A stretch of DNA of 64,000 nucleotides from positions 206-64,205 of the forward strand of contig JAGCGH010000081.1 in the NCBI GenBank assembly GCA_017649705.1. The letters are read 5' to 3'. The notes beneath the pieces were generated by a model, which did not search any database, had not been told where the DNA came from, and worked only from the letters and a program-made list of their open reading frames with translations. The translations under genes and the position numbers were made by a program. The DNA is from a bacterium (GTDB lineage: Bacteria > Auribacterota > UBA3054). Below, piece after piece: positions 25,966 to 34,484 of this stretch (positions are counted from its first letter, which is position 1; each line of letters opens with the position of its first letter).

Positions 25966-26754
25966 TTATTTTTCCTTGCGGACCATGACCGCCACCGGGC
26001 AGTCGATGTATTCGTCGCTGAAGAGCACGGACCCTTTCATGCTGTCAAGTACGTCCATGCTGGCCACGGCCAGATCGACGCTGCCTACGCCCGCCGCCTC
26101 GTAGAGGTCGGAGTAGTCCATTACGACTATTTCCGCCTTGACGTTGAGGTAAAGGGCCAAACGCTTGATCAGTTCGATGTTGAAGCCCGTGAGCTCGCCC
26201 TTCTCGTTAAGGAAGTTCATGGGCGTGTTCTCGGTCTCGGTGGCGAACTTCAAAGTGGCTCTGGGTTCCTTTGCCTCGCCAATTTTCGGCATAGCGGAAT
26301 GCGGCTTCTCGATCCAGCGGCGGTACATTTCCTTGTAGGTGCCGTCCTCCTTGTATTTTTTGATGAAAGCGTTGACCTCTTTCATAAGCGCTTTGTTATT
26401 CAGGGAGGAGGCGATGGCCACATGCCCGTCGGCGAGATCCTCGGGCAGCACCACGAAGTAATCTTTGTAAAGCGCCGCGGCGTAATCAAGCGTCGGCCTG
26501 TCGAAGACCGCTGCGTCGATCTTTTTCGTCTGCAGCGCGGGGTACAGCTGCTCCACGGAGGCGAAGGGCACCATTTCCGCGTAGGTGAAGCGCTTCTTGG
26601 CCAGGCGGTAGGCTTCCGTCTGCTGGCTGCCGCCCACCTTGTAAATGGGATTGTTCAGCTGAACGACCGTGGTAATCTGGTTGTAGTTGACGGAGGAGCA
26701 GCCGGCCGCCAAAAGCGCGGCCAGGGCGAGAAAAAGCTTTTTCAGGGTTCGCAT
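25966..26754 (-). CDS. Lipoprotein; ABC-type substrate-binding protein, family 3 (amino-acid/polar type)
   Basis: Lipobox LLAAGCSS, and a periplasmic binding fold-like sequence of ~260 aa. Confidence 0.6.
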   Translation of the reverse strand: MRTLKKLFLALAALLAAGCSSVNYNQITTVVQLNNPIYKVGGSQQTEAYRLAKKRFTYAEMVPFASVEQLYPALQTKKIDAAVFDRPTLDYAAALYKDYFVVLPEDLADGHVAIASSLNNKALMKEVNAFIKKYKEDGTYKEMYRRWIEKPHSAMPKIGEAKEPRATLKFATETENTPMNFLNEKGELTGFNIELIKRLALYLNVKAEIVVMDYSDLYEAAGVGSVDLAVASMDVLDSMKGSVLFSDEYIDCPVAVMVRKEK

Positions 26755-26812
26755 AATATATCCTTAGAGAGTTATTCTAAGATTTTATCATATCGTTGGA
26801 GGAAAAAAGCGG

Positions 26813-27943
26813 TCAATTCTCCACTTTGACGAGCTTGTACTTGCGGCTGCCCATGCCGATCTTCTCCGCGTGGGATAGCTGTTTTGTCCAGTCCGTGCTC
26901 GGGGAAACGCAGCCGAAGTGGTCCCGGCCTTTCACCTTGCTCTTTCCAAGGTAGCTGTTCTCGATTACAGGCTGGGCCAAAACGGCGTCCGCGCAGGCCT
27001 GGTCTACCGCCACCGGATCGAAGGAGGCGAAGATGCCCACGTCCGGCACGATGGCAGCGTCGCTCTCGGGATGGCAGTCGCAGAAAGGTGACACATCCAT
27101 GACGAAGTTGACGTGGAAGTTCGGGCGGTCCTGGACCACCGCCAGCGCGTACTCCGCGGTCTTAAGATCCAAAAGCCCCGCCTTGTCGCTCCAAATGGGC
27201 GCGATGGCGTCCGTGGGGCAGACCCCGATGCAGCGGCCGCAGCCCACGCAGACGTTCTCCGCGATATGGCATTTCCTTTTTTCTATGACCGGCGCCCCGT
27301 GGGCGCAGGTCCTGGCGCAGACTCCGCAGCCCACGCAGCGCTCAGAGTTGACTTCCACTATGCTGTCGCAGTGCATGACTTTTTTCCCGGCCCGGGAGCC
27401 GCAGCCCATGCCCAGGTTCTTGATGGCGCCGCCCATGCCCATCATCTCGTGCCCCTTGAAGTGGTTCAGGGTGACCACCACGTCGGCGTCCATCACGGCC
27501 CTTCCTATGAGGGCTTCCTTCAGGATCTCGCCGCCCTTCACGGGCACGGCGACCTCGTCCGTCCCCTTCAAGCCATCGCCGATGATGACCGGGCAGCCCA
27601 CCACCTCCGGCACGAAGCCGTTCAGCATGGCGGTCTCCAGATGCTCCAGGGCGTCCTTCCGGGACCCCACGTAAAGCGTGTTGCAGTCCGTCAGGAAGGG
27701 CTTGCCGCCCGCCTCCTTGATCTTGTCCACCACCGTGCGGGCGAAGTTGGGCCTCAGGAAAGCCAGGTTCCCCCTTTCCCCGAAGTGGATCTTCACGGCC
27801 ACGTATTTTCTTTCCAGGCCAAGTTTCCCGAATCCGGCCTTGTCCAAAAGGCGGGATAATTTGTCCAGAAGGCTAGTGCCAACTTTCGTGCGGATGGAAG
27901 TGAAATAAACTTCCGGAATGTCTTTTTTGACGGCTTTGGGCAT
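26813..27943 (-). CDS. DUF362-domain protein with an inserted 2x[4Fe-4S] ferredoxin module
   Basis: CVGCGVCARTCAHGAP and CVGCGRCIGVCPTDAI motifs, embedded in a DUF362-like scaffold. Confidence 0.55.
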   Translation of the reverse strand: MPKAVKKDIPEVYFTSIRTKVGTSLLDKLSRLLDKAGFGKLGLERKYVAVKIHFGERGNLAFLRPNFARTVVDKIKEAGGKPFLTDCNTLYVGSRKDALEHLETAMLNGFVPEVVGCPVIIGDGLKGTDEVAVPVKGGEILKEALIGRAVMDADVVVTLNHFKGHEMMGMGGAIKNLGMGCGSRAGKKVMHCDSIVEVNSERCVGCGVCARTCAHGAPVIEKRKCHIAENVCVGCGRCIGVCPTDAIAPIWSDKAGLLDLKTAEYALAVVQDRPNFHVNFVMDVSPFCDCHPESDAAIVPDVGIFASFDPVAVDQACADAVLAQPVIENSYLGKSKVKGRDHFGCVSPSTDWTKQLSHAEKIGMGSRKYKLVKVEN

Positions 27944-28087
27944 AAAAAACCTCTTTCGTGATTAAAAGATAAATCTTTCTTATATTTTATCAAAACCTAA
28001 GCGTCTCTTCCACCAAGTAACCGGCTTCCGGACGCCGGGGAGGAATATGATAAAATCTATCCATAAACAAAAACAAGGACGGAAAAT

Positions 28088-29251
28088 ATGGATTATTTCT
28101 CTCTGGCCCTCCAAAAGCATGAAGAATGGCGCGGCAAGATAACCGTGCAGCCCACCTGCCCCCTGGAAAACAAGGACGACCTCTCGACCGCCTACACCCC
28201 CGGCGTGGCCGCCCCCTGCCTGGAAATAAAGGACGACCCGAGCAAGGCCTACCTCTACACCAGGAAATGGAACAACGTGGCGGTCATCACCGACGGCTCC
28301 GCGGTCTTGGGATTGGGCAACATCGGTCCTTTGGCGGGGCTTCCCGTCATGGAGGGAAAATCCGTCCTCTTCAAATCCTTCGGCAACGTGGACGCCTTCC
28401 CCATCTGCGTCAACACCCAGAACGTCGAGGAATTCATCGCCACCGTCAAAAACATTTCTTTGGTCTTCGGCGGCATCAACCTTGAGGACATCTCCGCCCC
28501 TCGCTGCTTCGAGATCGAGGAACGCCTTATCAACGAATTGGACATCCCGGTCTTCCACGACGACCAGCACGGCACCGCGGTGGTAACTCTCGCGGCCCTT
28601 TACAACGCTTTGAAGATCGTCGGCAAGGAGCTCGAGGACCTCAAGATCGTAATAAACGGCGTGGGCGCGGCCGGAACCGCCATCTCCCGCCTCCTCTACG
28701 CCAACGGCGCCAGAGACTTCACGCTCCTCAACACCAAGGGCATCATCAGTAAAGAGCACATGACCCTGGATCCCAAGAGAGCCGAGCTTCTCGATTTCGC
28801 GGTCCGCGACAAAGGCACCGGCGGCCTGGCTGAAGCCGTCAAGGGCGCCGACCTCTTCATCGGCGTTTCCGCCCCCAACATCCTGACCGCCGACATGGTC
28901 AAGACCATGAATAAAGACCCCATGATCTTCGCCTGCGCCAACCCCACTCCCGAGATCGATCCGGAACTGGCCAAATCCGCCGGCGCCAAGGTCGTCTGCA
29001 CCGGCCGTTCCGACTATCCCAACCAGGTCAACAACGTCCTGGCCTTCCCGGGCATCTTCCGCGGCGCCCTGGACGCCCGCGCCAAAAAGATCACGGAAGA
29101 AATGAAACTGGCCGCCGCCCAGGCCATCGCCTCCATGATCAGCGAGGACGAACTCAGGCCCGACTACGTCATCCCCTCCGCCCTCGACAGGGACGTCACC
29201 AGAGCGGTGGCGGAAGGCGTCTACTGCGCCGCCAAAGGCAACGCCATCTGA
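28088..29251 (+). CDS. maeB: NAD(P)-dependent malic enzyme (short form)
   Basis: Conserved malic-enzyme N-terminal domain with NAD-binding GVGAAGTAI (…LSTAYTPGVAAPCLEI…VITDGSAVLGLGNIGPLAG…). 387 aa. Confidence 0.8.
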   Translation: MDYFSLALQKHEEWRGKITVQPTCPLENKDDLSTAYTPGVAAPCLEIKDDPSKAYLYTRKWNNVAVITDGSAVLGLGNIGPLAGLPVMEGKSVLFKSFGNVDAFPICVNTQNVEEFIATVKNISLVFGGINLEDISAPRCFEIEERLINELDIPVFHDDQHGTAVVTLAALYNALKIVGKELEDLKIVINGVGAAGTAISRLLYANGARDFTLLNTKGIISKEHMTLDPKRAELLDFAVRDKGTGGLAEAVKGADLFIGVSAPNILTADMVKTMNKDPMIFACANPTPEIDPELAKSAGAKVVCTGRSDYPNQVNNVLAFPGIFRGALDARAKKITEEMKLAAAQAIASMISEDELRPDYVIPSALDRDVTRAVAEGVYCAAKGNAI

Positions 29252-29282
29252 CCAAGCCCAAACAAAACGGACCAAAAGAAAC

Positions 29283-29318
29283 AAAAAAAGGGAGACGCAA
29301 AACGTCTCCCTTTTAAAT
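29283..29318. terminator. Bidirectional intrinsic terminator between convergent genes
   Basis: aaaaaaagggagacgcaaaacgtctcccttttaaatt. It sits between the maeB-like stop (29251) and the minus-strand FGE-domain gene stop (29323). Confidence 0.6.
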
Positions 29319-29322
29319 TAAA

Positions 29323-32300
29323 TTATTGAGTTATGACCACACGAAAGCCGAAGCCGAGGTTGACGACGCCAGGGTCGGGGGCGAAGCTGATGCGGGTGGC
29401 AGAGCGGCAGAGGTCGGGGTAGAAGCCCCAGCCCCCGCCCCGGATCACACGGGAGCTGCCTGAGCTCGCGCCCCTGGGATCGGTTTCCGACCCGGCGTAT
29501 GAGCCGTACCAATCCAAGCACCATTCCCACACGTTGCCGTGCATGTCATAAAGACCCCAAGCGTTGGGAGAATAGGAACCAACTGTAGTATGTTCGCTAT
29601 ATCCGCCTTTGCCGTCGTTGCGGTTACAATAGTAACGAGCCAACTTTGCCAGGCAGCCGTCGCTGACCGTATTGGTAATATTGTTACCGTCGTTCAGCGC
29701 GGTAGTCGTGCCTGCCCTGCAGGCATACTCCCATTGTGCTTCCGTGGGCAGATCGAAGACGTTTCCCGCCTTTTTCCTCAATTGTCCCATAAAACTCCAT
29801 TCGTCAACTCCGTGATCCTCCGGCCAAGCGAAACCTTTTGCAAATCCTCTGAGCTTATTGTAGGAAACTTCTTCCACTGGCCTCATGTCGCCAGTGTTAT
29901 ACGAAGGATTTTCACCAAAAATATTCTGGAATTGCTTCTGCGTCGTTTCAAAGACGCCTATGTAGTAAGCTTTGGTAAGTGTTACTTCGCGCTGCGTCTC
30001 TTCGTTACTTCTGCCCAATTCGTCCTCGGGAGATCCCATGTTGAACGTTCCCGGCTCGATCCTTCTGAGCCAGAGTTCATCCGTGCGGCATTTGTTGTCT
30101 GTCGTATCCGGCGCATCTGAAGAGACCCTCATCTTGTTGCTAGTTGTATCAAGGACAAGATAGGCCGCTTGTTCCGTCACATCTTCGTATTCAACTCTCA
30201 ATTCCACTTCATCCATTATGTTGGTGTAAGCCGCGTCCGAAATCCAGGTCAATTTATGCAGACCCGCTCCAACCACTATTCCGCTGGCTCCGTCATATTC
30301 GATTTCACCCATTTCAGCTAAAGGCTTTTCCGTTCCGTTCGGCAGTTTTCCAAATAACTTCACTTTAAAAACCGGCAGGGTGTTTTCTGTCCCGGATTTG
30401 ATCTCAAATTCAAAATCCTTTTTATTTTTCTGTCCAGAAAACACATTTTGAACTAGGACAACACGAAAGCCGCCGTCTATCAAATGGTCGGAGGGGGAAT
30501 TTCTGCCGGCACGGTTGGCAGAGCGGCAGTAGCAGGCGGATTTGAGCCAGCTCCCGCCCCGGGCCACACGACAGCTGCCTGAGCTCGCGCCTACGGGTTC
30601 TGTAACAGGATCGGTGCCAAGATCTTCCTGATACCAATCCAAGCACCACTCGAACACGTTGCCGTGCATATCGTAGAGGCCACAGGCGTTGGGAAGATAA
30701 GAGCCAACTACGGCGTGATAATTATCGGATCCGCCGTTGTAGCTGTAGCGTCCAACTTCATCCATGTTTTGGCACTGCTCTTCGTTGGTCAGATCCTTCC
30801 CACTGTTCAGCGCGGTGGTCGTGCCTGCCCTGCAGGCCATTTCCCATTGCGCTTCCGTGGGAAGGTCGAAATTCATTTGCGTTTTGGAGCGAAGTTTTCC
30901 GAAAAAGGAGTCTTCGTCCACATCATAATTATAAGGCCAGCTTGCGCCGAAACGTTTCCCGCGGATCATATTGTAGGAAACGTTCTCTACCGGCCTAACA
31001 TCGCCTTTATAATATGACGGATCGCTTCCTGTAATTAATTCGTATTGCTTCTGCGTCGTTTCAAAAACGCCGATGTAATAAGCGTTTGTCAAAGTTACCT
31101 GGTGTTGAGTTTCATCAATGTATCTCCCTAATTCGTCAGTGGGGCTGCCCATGGTGAATATCCCCGGCTCTATCTTCCGCAGGACCAGTTTCGTGGTCTT
31201 GTATTCTTCCGTCCAGCCGCCCTCGGGAACATCGTCAAGCAAACTGACGGGATACAACTCAGCTTCTGGACCGCCGCTCAAATCGACGACAATGTATTTC
31301 TCTTTCTCAGCTTTTTTGAAAGTTGCAAGAAGTTCCGTGTCTTTGGTTAGCGTCAGTTTCAACGGATTTTCGTATGAAATGTTTCCTTCCCACTCAAAGC
31401 TCTTAAAAAACTCCTCGCCAGGGATCGCTGTAACCACGACTTCTTCAGAGTCTACGAACGAATAACTGACAGAACCTTTTCCGGAAATCGTTACATTGAG
31501 AGCATAATTCCCAAAGACCGCCTCGACAAGCGTGTCTTCTTCCAAAACGAGCGTCATTTCGCTGTCCTGGCATCTTTCCCCATTCACAGTGAAGCAGCGG
31601 AACTTGTCTTTATTTTCTGTAACTTTAACTTCCACTTCGTCAGGCCCAATGAACTCAGCGCTTGCGGATCCTTCGCCGACAACCTTGAGTGAAAAGTCAT
31701 AAGATCCGAAGGCCGCCTGGACTTCTGTGTCTTCCAGAAGTTCCAACGTCATGAAATCATTCGTTACCTTTGTGCCTTTATAGAAAAAATAGCGGAACTT
31801 GTCAGGATTCTTCGTAACCCTAAACTCGACCTTGTCAGGTTCGCAATAACCGGAATACACATCGCCGTCGCCGATAATTTCCAAAGAGTAATCGTATTTG
31901 TTCGTGAATATGTACTCGCTTTCAAGAATAGCGGGATAGGCGGCTTCAGGGGAAAGAGTATACTTGGCGGTGGCCTTTCCTTTGGAATTTACGGAAACCT
32001 TCGCCTGTATATCGTTATAGTTGCAGGAGAATTTGTAATTCTTGCCTTTCGGTTGAAGACTGAAGACTAAGGAAGCAAGATATCCCAGACTCTGATCGGC
32101 GCACAGTTTGTCAAAGACAGTAAGCCTTTTAGTTTCGAGTTCCGCAAGTTTAGATGTATCAATGGTGCCTTTAGATTTTAAAACAGCCTTGTCAGGCCGT
32201 ATCCTTTCTTTTCCGGTCACGAATGTGAAATAAGGCGTGACGTCCTTTTCCGTCCATTGAAATTTTCCGTTTTTTGTTTTTACGGAAACGTTCCGCGTCT

Positions 32301-32640
32301 CGGTCTTTTCTCCGTATCCCGCTTTCGTTGTCGGAAGCAAAGTCGGAAACGCCAGATAACTGTCCAGGGAGTTGTAGATCGCCATGGGGATTCCGCCTGA
32401 GATGCTTTGCATGGCAGCGTCATTCATCTGCCCGCTTAAACTAAGCGTGGTCGTTCCTTTGATAAAGCCGCAGGCGTTCACCACTCTTTGCGTAGCGATA
32501 GAACCGGCGAATATCTCTCCGGCCATAGAGAAGATCGTGGCTACGATAAGCAGGATGGATCTTTTCATATATTCTCCCAAAAACTGATTTGGTTTGCTTT
32601 GGCAAAAATTATAACTAGCCTTGTTATAAAATTTTACCAA
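29323..32640 (-). CDS. Large secreted protein with two FGE-sulfatase (SUMF1/DUF323) domains
   Basis: 1105 aa with a signal peptide. Two modules each contain …AYYIGVFETTQKQ…DLPTEAQWE(Y/M)ACRAGTTTALN…YDMHGNV(F/W)EWCLDWY…RV(A/I)RGG(S/G)W…CRSA.R…GFRVV…. Confidence 0.7.
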   Translation of the reverse strand: MVKFYNKASYNFCQSKPNQFLGEYMKRSILLIVATIFSMAGEIFAGSIATQRVVNACGFIKGTTTLSLSGQMNDAAMQSISGGIPMAIYNSLDSYLAFPTLLPTTKAGYGEKTETRNVSVKTKNGKFQWTEKDVTPYFTFVTGKERIRPDKAVLKSKGTIDTSKLAELETKRLTVFDKLCADQSLGYLASLVFSLQPKGKNYKFSCNYNDIQAKVSVNSKGKATAKYTLSPEAAYPAILESEYIFTNKYDYSLEIIGDGDVYSGYCEPDKVEFRVTKNPDKFRYFFYKGTKVTNDFMTLELLEDTEVQAAFGSYDFSLKVVGEGSASAEFIGPDEVEVKVTENKDKFRCFTVNGERCQDSEMTLVLEEDTLVEAVFGNYALNVTISGKGSVSYSFVDSEEVVVTAIPGEEFFKSFEWEGNISYENPLKLTLTKDTELLATFKKAEKEKYIVVDLSGGPEAELYPVSLLDDVPEGGWTEEYKTTKLVLRKIEPGIFTMGSPTDELGRYIDETQHQVTLTNAYYIGVFETTQKQYELITGSDPSYYKGDVRPVENVSYNMIRGKRFGASWPYNYDVDEDSFFGKLRSKTQMNFDLPTEAQWEMACRAGTTTALNSGKDLTNEEQCQNMDEVGRYSYNGGSDNYHAVVGSYLPNACGLYDMHGNVFEWCLDWYQEDLGTDPVTEPVGASSGSCRVARGGSWLKSACYCRSANRAGRNSPSDHLIDGGFRVVLVQNVFSGQKNKKDFEFEIKSGTENTLPVFKVKLFGKLPNGTEKPLAEMGEIEYDGASGIVVGAGLHKLTWISDAAYTNIMDEVELRVEYEDVTEQAAYLVLDTTSNKMRVSSDAPDTTDNKCRTDELWLRRIEPGTFNMGSPEDELGRSNEETQREVTLTKAYYIGVFETTQKQFQNIFGENPSYNTGDMRPVEEVSYNKLRGFAKGFAWPEDHGVDEWSFMGQLRKKAGNVFDLPTEAQWEYACRAGTTTALNDGNNITNTVSDGCLAKLARYYCNRNDGKGGYSEHTTVGSYSPNAWGLYDMHGNVWEWCLDWYGSYAGSETDPRGASSGSSRVIRGGGWGFYPDLCRSATRISFAPDPGVVNLGFGFRVVITQ

Positions 32641-32663
32641 AAAGGCAAATCATCGTGATCGAC

Positions 32664-32690
32664 AATAAAAAAGGCCCGCGACGCGGGCCT
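32664..32690 (-). terminator. Intrinsic terminator for the short FGE-domain gene
   Basis: Minus-strand reading: aggcccgcgtcgcgggcct followed by ttttttatt. Confidence 0.6.
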
Positions 32691-32774
32691 CAATATTCAA
32701 GCTCACCTCCGCTTGCTTTCAGCCTGCGCGTCGGGCTCACGCCCATGCCGCGCCCCGGCTGAAGCAAGGATAAA

Positions 32775-33659
32775 TTAATGAACTAGGACTACACGAAAGC
32801 CGTGGACGTCGTAGGCGTAGACGGGGTAGTAGTAGTCGCGGCGGGCAGAGCGGCAGTCGTCGGCGTCGTCGCCCCAGCTCCCGCCCCGGAGCACACGGTA
32901 TTTGCCAAAGCCTGCGCCAAGCGGATCAGTCACGGGATCTGTGCCCAGATCATCCTGATACCAATCCAGGCACCACTCATTCACGTTGCCATGCATATCG
33001 TAGAGACCCCAAGCGTTGGGAAAATAGGAGCCGACCGCGGCGTGATAGTTATAAAAGCCGCCGTTGTTAAGATATATAAAGAACAAATTTTTCCCGCTGT
33101 TCAGCGCCGTGGTCGTGCCTGCCCTGCAGGCGTACTCCCACTGCGCTTCCGTGGGAAGGTCGAAAATCAGATTTGTTTTGGAACGTAGTTTACCGAAGAA
33201 GGAGTCTTCGTCCACATCATGATTATAAGGCCAACTCGATCCTTTATTCTTCCCGCGAAGCACATCATACGAAACATATTCCACCGGCCTTACATCTCCT
33301 TTTCTAAGAGACGGATTGCTTCCGGTGATTAATTCGTATTGCTTCTGCGTTGTTTCAAAGATGCCGATGTAATAAGCGTTGGTAAGAGTTACTTCGTGCT
33401 GAGTTTCGTTATAGTCTCTGCCCAATTCGCCCTTGGGGCTGCCCATAGTGAATGTTCCTGGCTCGATCCTCCGCAAGACAAGCTTTGTGGTCTTGTCTTC
33501 GTCCGTCCAGCCACCCTCGGGAACATCGTCGAGCCAGCTGATGGGATACCTTTCTGCGTCTGGACCGCCGCTAAGATCGACGACAATGTATTTCTTTTTC
33601 TCCGCGTTTTTAAAAGCGTCAAAAATTTCCGTGTCTTTGGCTGGCGTTAATTTATCCAT
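32775..33659 (-). CDS. FGE-sulfatase (SUMF1/DUF323) domain protein; a recent partial duplicate of a module of the upstream 1105-aa gene
   Basis: 294 aa; FKNAEKKKYIVVDLSGGPDAERYP…ACRAGTTTALNSGK…YDMHGNVNEWCLDWY…RVLRGGSW…CRSARR…GFRVVLVH. It is ~85% identical in protein to residues around FKKAEKEKYIVVDLSGGPEAELYP… of the large gene. There is no signal peptide of its own. Confidence 0.6.
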   Translation of the reverse strand: MDKLTPAKDTEIFDAFKNAEKKKYIVVDLSGGPDAERYPISWLDDVPEGGWTDEDKTTKLVLRRIEPGTFTMGSPKGELGRDYNETQHEVTLTNAYYIGIFETTQKQYELITGSNPSLRKGDVRPVEYVSYDVLRGKNKGSSWPYNHDVDEDSFFGKLRSKTNLIFDLPTEAQWEYACRAGTTTALNSGKNLFFIYLNNGGFYNYHAAVGSYFPNAWGLYDMHGNVNEWCLDWYQDDLGTDPVTDPLGAGFGKYRVLRGGSWGDDADDCRSARRDYYYPVYAYDVHGFRVVLVH

Positions 33660-33751
33660 CTGTTTCCTTCAAAAAGTTGGTCCGGTTTGCTAAACAGTTT
33701 CTATATTTCAGGAATTTTTTGAGTTTCGAAAATGTTGAGGCGGTTGGAAGG

Positions 33752-34483
33752 TCAGAGCGTTTTCGCTCTATCGTTTATGGCGGAGAGGAGCTCGTCGCGG
33801 CAGGGGGCGAGGGCTTCTTCGGTCGAGGAGGTGAAGGTGAGCTTGCAGCGCCATTTGTTGGAGGCTTCGTCCAGTTCCGGGTAGGAGCCGATCTTGACGT
33901 CGGGGTATTTTTTCTGAGCCGCTTCCATCAGGTCGGCGAAAAGAGTCTCGCCTATGGGGGAAAGGTATTCCAAAGTAACGATGCTTCCCTTGGGGAGTCT
34001 CGGCTCGATCACGTCGAACATTTTCCGCATGAGTTTCGGGACGCCGGGGAAAACGTAGACGTTGTTGATGACGAAGCCCGGGGCGCCGGAAAGCTCGTTT
34101 TCGATGAGCTCGCAGCCCTCGGGAAGATCGGCCATCCTGAGCCGCAGGTCGTTGATCCTCTCGCCGTAGTAGGTGGATAGCATTTGCTCGGCGGCTTTGT
34201 TCCGTTCCATTTTTCGGTTGAAAGCAAGGGCCATGGCGTCCCTGGTGAGGTCGTCGCTGGTGGCGCCGATGCCGCCGCAGGAGAAGACAACGTCGTAGGT
34301 TTCACTGTATTCCCTGACGGTGCCGACGATCACGTCCATCTCGTCCGGGATGGTGATTATCCTTTTCAGGGCCACGCCGCGCTGGTGCAGCCTGGCCGCG
34401 ATGAAGTTGGCGTTGATGTCCTGGGTGCGGCCGGAGAGGATCTCGTCCCCTATTATGATCACAGCGGCGGTAGGATCGCTCAT
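33752..34483 (-). CDS. CinA-N-terminal / MoaB-like molybdopterin-binding (MoCF) domain protein
   Basis: AVIIIGDEILSGRTQDINANFIA…SCGGIGATSDD, typical of the MoCF-biosynthesis / CinA N-domain. Confidence 0.5.
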   Translation of the reverse strand: MSDPTAAVIIIGDEILSGRTQDINANFIAARLHQRGVALKRIITIPDEMDVIVGTVREYSETYDVVFSCGGIGATSDDLTRDAMALAFNRKMERNKAAEQMLSTYYGERINDLRLRMADLPEGCELIENELSGAPGFVINNVYVFPGVPKLMRKMFDVIEPRLPKGSIVTLEYLSPIGETLFADLMEAAQKKYPDVKIGSYPELDEASNKWRCKLTFTSSTEEALAPCRDELLSAINDRAKTL

Positions 34484-34484
34484 C

